From positions 1 to 24,598 of the forward strand of contig CAZRQA010000003.1 in the NCBI GenBank assembly GCA_964602335.1: a DNA stretch of 24,598 bases. Reading direction: 5' to 3'. Made by a program: the position numbers and the translations under genes. The stretch is from an uncultured Bdellovibrionales bacterium (GTDB lineage: Bacteria; Patescibacteriota; Minisyncoccia; Moranbacterales; DUUL01). The number at the start of each line of letters is the position of its first letter. The stretch's first letter is position 1. Below are positions 1 through 6,840 of the stretch, one piece after another. Under the pieces are notes generated by a model. It was not told the origin of the DNA. It saw nothing but the letters and a program-made list of their open reading frames with translations, and ran no database searches.

Positions 1-7
1 AATAATT

Positions 8-1201
8 TTGGATGCTGCAAGAAAAAATTATCCCGGACTAAATAAAATAAATTGTGTTATTTCCGGAAAGGAAAATGGAAACCAAAAAACTATTGATTCC
101 GTAGTAGATTTAAAAAACATTCCGGAAAATAAAGCTGCCAAGAAAAATAATTATAATTTTTTAAAAACCGTCAGCCAAAGCAATCTTAATCCGCGCTATA
201 ATTTCAATAATTTTGTGGTTGGGTCTAACAACGAATTAGCTTTCGCGGCTTGCAAGTCGGTAGCAGAAAATCCCGGTGAAAATTACAATCCTTTATTTAT
301 TTATGGAGGGGTGGGCCTGGGAAAAACCCACTTATTACATTCGGTGGGAAATCAAATCAGCAGCGTCAACAAGAATACTGTAATTAAATATGTGGGCATG
401 GAACGTTTTGCTAATGAACTTTTAAGCGCCCTGCAAAATTCCAAAGCTAGGGAATTTAAAAATGATTACATAAAGCTGGATGTTTTAATAATCGACGATG
501 TTCAATTTTTAGCTAAAAAAGAGAAAACTCAGGAAGAGTTTTTTCATGTATTTGAAACCCTTTATCAGCATGGAAAACAAATCATTATCAGCTCTGACCG
601 GCCTCCTAAATCTATTCCCACCCTAGAAGACCGCCTTAGGTCAAGATTTGAGGGGGGAATGATAGCTGATATTACCAAGCCGGACCTAGAAACCAGAATG
701 GCAATTATCCAAAAAAAATTAAAGGAAAAAAATTTCAATTTAAGGGAAGATATTGTTCAATACTTAGCAGAAAGCATTTATCACAATGTGCGCGAATTAG
801 AGGGCGCGCTTAATAAAATAATTGCTATCTATCAATTAAGCAATAAAACACCCAAATTAGAAGATATAACTGAACAAATTCAAGATCATATTTCCTTAAA
901 TCAACAAAAAAAAATAAATCCGGTTAAGGTAATTAAAAGCGTGGCTGATTTTTTTGATATAAGCCAAAAAGACGTTCTGGAAAAATCTCGCAAAAAAAGG
1001 GTGGTAAAGCCCAGGCAGTTGGCTATTTATTTAATTAGGGAAGACGTAGGGCTTTCTTTTCCTGAAATCGGCCAAGTTATGGGAGGAAGAGACCACTCTA
1101 CTGTTATTTATGCTTACGAAAAAATTAAAAAAGAATTAATAAATAATGATATTTTAGAAAATAACTTAAAATATATCAGGGAAAAATTTATTGACTATTA
1201 A
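8..1201 (+). CDS. dnaA: Chromosomal replication initiator DnaA (5' end probably outside window)
   Basis: NPRYNFNNFVVGSNN, YNPLFIYGGVGLGKTHLL (Walker A), LIIDDVQF (Walker B), RLRSRFEGG, domain IV GGRDHSTV. The frame is open back to the window edge and domain I is missing, so the TTG at 8 is probably not the true start. Confidence 0.98.
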   Translation: MDAARKNYPGLNKINCVISGKENGNQKTIDSVVDLKNIPENKAAKKNNYNFLKTVSQSNLNPRYNFNNFVVGSNNELAFAACKSVAENPGENYNPLFIYGGVGLGKTHLLHSVGNQISSVNKNTVIKYVGMERFANELLSALQNSKAREFKNDYIKLDVLIIDDVQFLAKKEKTQEEFFHVFETLYQHGKQIIISSDRPPKSIPTLEDRLRSRFEGGMIADITKPDLETRMAIIQKKLKEKNFNLREDIVQYLAESIYHNVRELEGALNKIIAIYQLSNKTPKLEDITEQIQDHISLNQQKKINPVKVIKSVADFFDISQKDVLEKSRKKRVVKPRQLAIYLIREDVGLSFPEIGQVMGGRDHSTVIYAYEKIKKELINNDILENNLKYIREKFIDY

Positions 1202-1506
1202 TATTATATTTCTATTTAATCACATAATTTAAACACCACTTAAGACTGTTAATAACCTGTTAGTTTATAAAATATTCTGCTTATAAGTATGTTGATTAAT
1301 TGTTGATAAAGCCTTACTTTCACTTAATTAAAATACTTATCAATAAAAAACCAACAACTATTAACAGCTTCTTGTAAAATTATTCAACAATTTATTATTA
1401 TCTTTTTCCCTTTTATAAAAGCTTTAAAATGATTTATCCACAATATTTTAACTATAATAATAAGTAATAATAATTTTAAATATAAATAATTATTAAATTA
1501 ATACCT
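1202..1506. other. Probable replication origin oriC (dnaA-dnaN intergenic region)
   Basis: 305-bp non-coding gap between dnaA and dnaN with one perfect DnaA box (1434-1442), several 1-2 mismatch boxes and an almost pure A/T tract at 1443-1503 (candidate unwinding element). Confidence 0.8.
1434..1442 (+). promoter_or_regulatory. Perfect DnaA box TTATCCACA
   Basis: Exact match to the canonical 9-mer. It precedes the AT-rich tract and lies 10 bp upstream of a TATAAT hexamer at 1453-1458 (possible dnaN -10). Confidence 0.85.
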
Positions 1507-2655
1507 ATGAATTTTCTAATTAAAACAGATAATTTAAAAAATGCTATTAATAAAGTGGAAAGAATTGTTACCAAACAAACCACCCTGCCAATTCTGGGGA
1601 ATATTTTAATTAAAGCTGAGAAGGGAAGGGTAATAATAGCCTCTACAAATCTTGAAATTGCTGTAAAAACTATTATAGGGGCTAAAATAAACAAAGAAGG
1701 CTCAATAACAATTCCGGCTAGAATTATTAGTGGATTTTTAAACGGCATTAATGAGGAAGAGATAAAAATTTCCCTAAAAGATTTAAATTTAAAATTATCC
1801 ACCCTTAAGCATAATATTATTATTACAGGAATGGATCCTGAAGAATTTCCTATTATACCAGAAAACCCCAAAGAGTATTTAATAAAAACTTCTAAAATCT
1901 TAAAATTAAACAAGGCAATAAGCGCCACCCTAATTTCAGCGGCAAAAAACGATAGCCGCCAGGAATTAAATGGGATTTATTTAGAGTTTAAAAAAAATAA
2001 AATAATTTTAGCTTCCACTGACAGTTATCGTTTAACTGAAGCTACAATTAATCTAAATAAAGAAGAGATAAACAAAAAATATTATGAAGTTTTTATTCAG
2101 GAAAATCCCTCAATAATAATTCCCGCCTTGACTTTTATGGAACTACAAAGAATTTTAACAGAAGGGGAAATAGAAATAAACATAAAAGATAACCAGTTAT
2201 TTATTAAAAACAATGAAACTTATATAATTTCTCGCCTAATAAGCGGAAATTACCCGGAATACAAGCAAATTATACCTGCTGAATATAAAACTTCTTTGAA
2301 AATTAAAAAACAAGAATTATTAAGCGCCCTGAAAGTCAATTCTTTATTTTTAAATAATTTAAACAATGAAATAAAAATAAAAAGCGAAAAAAATAAGATA
2401 ATAATCTCTTCTCAATCAGAGGGGGTAGGGAAAAATATTTCCAAAGTGGATATTCAAAAAGAGGGAGAAGACTTTGAAATTATCTTAAATTGCCGATATT
2501 TAATGGAGGGATTAAGTATTTTTAATGAAGATGAGGGCGAGATGATAGTTGTTAAAGTGAATAACCAAAAAACCCCTATTTTAATTCAAGAGATAAAAAA
2601 AGGAAAAGTTATTAGGGAATTTTCTTATATCGTAATGCCAATTATTAAAGATTAA
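1507..2655 (+). CDS. dnaN: DNA polymerase III beta sliding clamp
   Basis: 382 aa; TTLPILGNILI, STNLEIA, STDSYRL, RLISGNYPEYKQIIP, C-terminal YIVMPI; directly follows dnaA/oriC. Confidence 0.97.
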   Translation: MNFLIKTDNLKNAINKVERIVTKQTTLPILGNILIKAEKGRVIIASTNLEIAVKTIIGAKINKEGSITIPARIISGFLNGINEEEIKISLKDLNLKLSTLKHNIIITGMDPEEFPIIPENPKEYLIKTSKILKLNKAISATLISAAKNDSRQELNGIYLEFKKNKIILASTDSYRLTEATINLNKEEINKKYYEVFIQENPSIIIPALTFMELQRILTEGEIEINIKDNQLFIKNNETYIISRLISGNYPEYKQIIPAEYKTSLKIKKQELLSALKVNSLFLNNLNNEIKIKSEKNKIIISSQSEGVGKNISKVDIQKEGEDFEIILNCRYLMEGLSIFNEDEGEMIVVKVNNQKTPILIQEIKKGKVIREFSYIVMPIIKD

Positions 2656-2661
2656 GAAAAT

Positions 2662-2967
2662 ATGTGGAAAAATTTTCAAAAAGTTTTAGAAAATAGGGTA
2701 AAAAAAAAGAACGGCTATAAACCAAAAAATATTCGACCGGATAAATACACCATTATTACTTCAATTAAAAAAATTATAAAAGAAGATTATGGCAAAGAAG
2801 GGTTAAAAAATATTAAAATTGAAATACCCGAAAACAGCCAGGCGGTAGTTTTTGTGTGTAAAAATCCCGCTTGGAAAAACGAATTAAAACTCAAAAAAGA
2901 TGTTTATAAGGAAAAAATAAACCAACAAATAAAAGGTGAGTGGATAAGGGATGTTAAGTTTTGGTGA
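2662..2967 (+). CDS. DciA/DUF721-family protein (putative replicative helicase loader)
   Basis: 101 aa; VFVCKNPAWKNELKLKK..KEKINQQIKGEWIRDVKF resembles the DUF721 pattern (v.sp.wa.EL...k..i..kin......i..i.f); 6 bp after dnaN. Confidence 0.7.
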   Translation: MWKNFQKVLENRVKKKNGYKPKNIRPDKYTIITSIKKIIKEDYGKEGLKNIKIEIPENSQAVVFVCKNPAWKNELKLKKDVYKEKINQQIKGEWIRDVKFW

Positions 2968-3079
2968 TTTATGCGAGGTTAAACAAATTAAGCAATGCCT
3001 ATAATTAATAATATTTTGTTTATATTTATCTTACAATAAAAAGTATAAAATAGGGAGATTATTAAAGTTTAAACTCAAC

Positions 3080-4696
3080 ATGAAAATCAGCCCCGTTAAA
3101 ATAATTAAAAAACTAGAAAACAACCCGGGAAGTTTTAATAAATGGGTTGTTTCTTTTGGAGCCATAATCACTATTCGATTATACATTGAGGGATTGATTT
3201 TAAAACTCTCTGTTAATGATTTTACTTACTTTATATTATTTTTTATTCATACCTTGCTTTTTTTTGGTTTGCTTTTTTTAATTTTTTTATGGATTTTAAA
3301 AAAAATCACCAAGGTTCCATACCGAAAAATTATAAATATTTTATTATGGGGTTATTGGTTTATTATTTTCCCGCCCATTATTGATAGGGTTATCTTTGGA
3401 GATAGATTTATTTGGAGTTATTACGTTTTTGACGGCTTGAGCGGGTTAATTCGGCGTTTTTTTACCTTTTTTGGCGACAACCCAGCCTTAGGGATTACTT
3501 ATGGGACAAGGATAATAATTGTTTTTGTAATTTTATTTCTCTGCCTTTATGTTTTTTTAAAGACCAGGAGTTTTTTAAAACTATTTTTAATTGCCATAAG
3601 CAGTTATTTTGTGTTTTTTATTTTTAGCTCCTTTCCCAGTTGGATGGCTCTGGGTATAGAATTTTTTTCCGGCCAAGCCCTTAAAGACGTAAATAATTTA
3701 GATGTAGCCAAGATATTTTTAACACCCTTTAGTTATTTCAATATAAAACTAGAATTGGAACTTTTTTTGATTTATCGGCTGACTTTATTTTATAATTTTT
3801 TATGCCTTCTTGCTTTTTTTGTTTTCTTGGCCGTTAATTATCAAAAAAAATTTATTGCTTTAATAAAAAACATCCGTTTTCCTCAGGCAGTGTTTAATTT
3901 TGGCCTGCTTTTTATGGGAATGGGAGTGGGATTTTATTATTTTCCTAAAAATGAATTTGATTTTTTTTCGGTTTTAATTGTTTTAAATTTATTAATTATG
4001 GTTTTTTCCAGTTGGTTTTTTTCTGTTTTTATCAACGACTTAACAGATCAAAAAGTTGATAAAGAGTCTAATCCCCAAAGACCATTAATAAAAAATATTT
4101 TTAAGCCCCAAGAGTATTCCAATTTTAGTAAGGTTTTTTTATTTTTTTCCTCTCTTACTTCCTTATTAATTGGTTTTCAAGTTTTTACATTAATTGCTGC
4201 TTATCATTTATTGACCTGGGTGTATTCTCACTACCCCTTTCGTCTTAAAAGATTTTACCCAATTTCCAGTATTTTATCCGCTTTTGCCTCTTTGATTTTC
4301 TTTATTATTGGCTTTTTGATTTTTTCAGAAAATCAGTCACTAGTAGGCTTTCCCTGGAAAATCTTCTTTTTTTTAATGGCAGCTTTCTCGCTTATGCTTC
4401 CCATAAAAGACTTTAAAGATATTAGGAGTGATAAAAAAGATGGGGTTTATACCTTGCCCGTGATTTTGGGAGCAAAAAACGCTAAAAATTTTTTAGCCGT
4501 AGCTTTATTTTTCTTATATTTATTCTCAGTGGTTTTATTAAAAGAGCCAAAACTTTTTTTACCTGCTTTGATTTTTGCTTCAATTAGTTTTTGGTTTTTA
4601 ATTAAAATGAAAATTAAGGACAAAAAAATAATTTGGTGGCTTTTATTTTTAATTTTTTTGTATGGTTTAGCTATAACAAAAACAGTCTTTACATAA
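3080..4696 (+). CDS. UbiA-family prenyltransferase with an extra N-terminal multi-TM domain
   Basis: The C-terminal half carries both Asp-rich UbiA motifs: INDLTDQKVDKESNPQRPL (from nt 4031) and KDFKDIRSDKKDGVYTLPVILG (from nt 4406). The N-terminal ~250 aa are hydrophobic and unassigned. Confidence 0.82.
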   Translation: MKISPVKIIKKLENNPGSFNKWVVSFGAIITIRLYIEGLILKLSVNDFTYFILFFIHTLLFFGLLFLIFLWILKKITKVPYRKIINILLWGYWFIIFPPIIDRVIFGDRFIWSYYVFDGLSGLIRRFFTFFGDNPALGITYGTRIIIVFVILFLCLYVFLKTRSFLKLFLIAISSYFVFFIFSSFPSWMALGIEFFSGQALKDVNNLDVAKIFLTPFSYFNIKLELELFLIYRLTLFYNFLCLLAFFVFLAVNYQKKFIALIKNIRFPQAVFNFGLLFMGMGVGFYYFPKNEFDFFSVLIVLNLLIMVFSSWFFSVFINDLTDQKVDKESNPQRPLIKNIFKPQEYSNFSKVFLFFSSLTSLLIGFQVFTLIAAYHLLTWVYSHYPFRLKRFYPISSILSAFASLIFFIIGFLIFSENQSLVGFPWKIFFFLMAAFSLMLPIKDFKDIRSDKKDGVYTLPVILGAKNAKNFLAVALFFLYLFSVVLLKEPKLFLPALIFASISFWFLIKMKIKDKKIIWWLLFLIFLYGLAITKTVFT

Positions 4697-4715
4697 TTTT
4701 TTAAAAAGGTATAAT
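4688..4715 (+). promoter_or_regulatory. Sigma70-type promoter candidate upstream of the T4SS-like operon
   Basis: TTTACA (4688-4693), 16-bp spacer, TATAAT (4710-4715), 40 bp before the ATG at 4756. Confidence 0.5.
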
Positions 4716-4755
4716 TAAAGAGAAAATGGTCATTGTTTAATTTTTTTAAATAAAG

Positions 4756-5865
4756 ATGGAAATAAAAAACCAAGAAAAAAGGAATAATTCAAAATTTTCA
4801 GTTTGGGTTTTATTTTTTTGCGTATTTTTTACCGGCTGGCTTTTTGTTTCCGGCGTAAGCTTTGGAGAGATGAACATTTTTGAAGATAAAGACCAGGATG
4901 GGCTTTCTGACCAAGAAGAAAGAGCTTATGGAACCGACCCGAATAATCCCGATACAGACGGTGACGGATATTCAGATGGAACAGAAGTAAAAAGCGGCTA
5001 TGACCCCCTAAAACCAGCGCCTGGAGATAAAATTAAAACAGAGAGCCAAGTCTTGGGAACAGAAGATGAGCAAGATTTTTTACTTAAACAATCAGAAAGC
5101 GAAAACTTTAATTATACGGAAGAATTTTTAAATAAATTAAAAAATGAAAAAGGAGAGGAACTTTCTGCTATAACCGATATTTTAAATAATCCTGAATCAC
5201 TAGAAGATGAAAGTGTTTTAGAAAATTTAGGAAACACCTCTTTAACCACAGAAGATTTAAATGAAATAATCAACGGCATTGCCCAACAAAAAAATGTAAC
5301 GGAAGAAATTGAAATCATCCCCAGAAATTCAATCAATATTTTAGAAAAACCTGAAGGGTCAGAAGAAGAGGTTAAAGAAAAAGAAAAGCAGCAAATTCAA
5401 GAGTATTTATCAGTTTTAAGTTATATTGCTTTTAGTAATGCCCCGCTAGAAACTCTAAGTGAAAACCAACTTAGCCAATCGGGCTTGCTTTTTATAAGCC
5501 AGCTCAGCACTTATTTAGAAGCGGGAAACAGCAAGGAGTTGGAGTTGCTTAGGAGTAAAGCTGAGAAGGCCTATCAAGAGCTAAACCAAGTGGACGTGCC
5601 GGAAGTTCTGGTGGACATTCATTTGTTGGGAATGTCTTTATTGAAGTATTCCCTGGAGAACATTGACGAAAAAGCGCTGATTGACAGCCGGGATCCGGTA
5701 GAGATGTTGATAACTTTAAACAAGTTTCAAGCCGTCTTGGCTCAAGGAGAAAATTTAAAAAAGGAAATCCAATCAATATTAGATGAATACGAGATAGAAT
5801 TTTTGAATTTTAATTCCAGTGGGGCGATTGAAAAAGAAGAAGATGAAGATACGCCAAGCAAATAA
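4756..5865 (+). CDS. Membrane-anchored or secreted acidic protein with bacterial thrombospondin-type-3-like Ca-binding repeats
   Basis: N-terminal hydrophobic segment, then DKDQDGLSDQEERAYGTDPNNPDTDGDGYSDGTEVKSGYDPL (two DxDxDG motifs), followed by a Glu-rich helical-looking domain. Confidence 0.75.
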   Translation: MEIKNQEKRNNSKFSVWVLFFCVFFTGWLFVSGVSFGEMNIFEDKDQDGLSDQEERAYGTDPNNPDTDGDGYSDGTEVKSGYDPLKPAPGDKIKTESQVLGTEDEQDFLLKQSESENFNYTEEFLNKLKNEKGEELSAITDILNNPESLEDESVLENLGNTSLTTEDLNEIINGIAQQKNVTEEIEIIPRNSINILEKPEGSEEEVKEKEKQQIQEYLSVLSYIAFSNAPLETLSENQLSQSGLLFISQLSTYLEAGNSKELELLRSKAEKAYQELNQVDVPEVLVDIHLLGMSLLKYSLENIDEKALIDSRDPVEMLITLNKFQAVLAQGENLKKEIQSILDEYEIEFLNFNSSGAIEKEEDEDTPSK

Positions 5866-5893
5866 TAATTTTTCTTAAAAACCGACTTAAAAA

Positions 5894-6832
5894 ATGCAAA
5901 ATAAAAAGATACAAAAATTTTTTTCTTTTATGTTGATTTTCGTAATCAGTTTGTCTTTTTTTGGTTTTTCTCCCAATAAAGCCAAGGCGGGCTATTGGGG
6001 AGAGCCGATGCAGGCGGCGGCTTTTCAAAATCTGTGGCAGGAAATGTATGACGCTTTTCGGGAGGCTTTGCGGGGCATGCTAAAAAAGCAAGCGGCTAAT
6101 TTAATTATTGACAGGGTGCGGGCACTGCTAACCGGACGGAGTTCGCGCAGCTTAATGATAGGCGATTACGAGGACTATATTTTTGGCAATGCTCGAAGGG
6201 AGGCCAAGTTGTTTTCCAATAATTTTTTCCGGTCCATAACAAGAAACGTTTCATCTTCTACTAACAGGATTCAAAGAAGCGTGCAAAAGACTATTGAAAA
6301 TGAAATAGAGATTCAAACTGAAAATTTGGGCCCTGATATTGATAATTACGTGCAGGGCGGAGCAGATAACTTATTTGATACTCGAAAAGGCGGTGGCACC
6401 TCGGCGGTGATGGCTACCGTGGCTAATCCCTACAACAACGCTTTTGGGTCATATCTAAGGACTTCTCAGATTGTAGAAGCTAAAATGGAAGCCTCCCAGC
6501 GCTCCGCAGAAGCCCGGGCGGTGGCCGGCCAGGGGTTTGACAGCAAGACAGATGCCGGCACTAACTTAATAGACTTGCCTGGCAGTATTACCAAGGAAAT
6601 AGTGGCTACGGCAGAAACTTTGCCGATGGCAATGGTAGCAGCCGCCACTTCAATGCCGGAAATAATAGGCACTATGGCAGCCGAGGTGGTTTCCAAGGCG
6701 CTGGAGTCTGGAATTGCTAAAATAACCCAGCCCGTGGACAATAAATTAACAGAAATAAATCGAAACGTGCGAGGAGGAGCGCGCAACATACAAAAGAAAA
6801 TAAACAACGGACTAAAGTTTTCTGATCATTAA
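5894..6832 (+). CDS. Secreted hypothetical protein (positional VirB5-like candidate)
   Basis: Sec signal ending AKA-G; Ala-rich, probably helical; 8 bp upstream of the VirB6-like gene. Function is inferred from position only. Confidence 0.6.
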   Translation: MQNKKIQKFFSFMLIFVISLSFFGFSPNKAKAGYWGEPMQAAAFQNLWQEMYDAFREALRGMLKKQAANLIIDRVRALLTGRSSRSLMIGDYEDYIFGNARREAKLFSNNFFRSITRNVSSSTNRIQRSVQKTIENEIEIQTENLGPDIDNYVQGGADNLFDTRKGGGTSAVMATVANPYNNAFGSYLRTSQIVEAKMEASQRSAEARAVAGQGFDSKTDAGTNLIDLPGSITKEIVATAETLPMAMVAAATSMPEIIGTMAAEVVSKALESGIAKITQPVDNKLTEINRNVRGGARNIQKKINNGLKFSDH

Positions 6833-6840
6833 TCAAAAAA

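Noticed and set aside
1476-1928. 150-aa minus-strand ORF opposite dnaN (and the other minus-strand ORFs in the track, e.g. 4447-4773, 6466-6807, 8854-9147, 22526-22858)
   Set aside because: They overlap confidently identified plus-strand genes wholly or largely and have no recognisable motifs; they look like shadow ORFs.
906-2708. Homopolymer A/T runs (e.g. A9 at 906-914 and 2700-2708) as phase-variation switches
   Set aside because: Such runs are common across this AT-rich window, including in essential genes, and no frameshifted gene was found.
2939-2947. Single near-DnaA box (TTATCCACT on the minus strand) inside the dciA-like gene
   Set aside because: Isolated one-mismatch match within coding sequence; compatible with chance.
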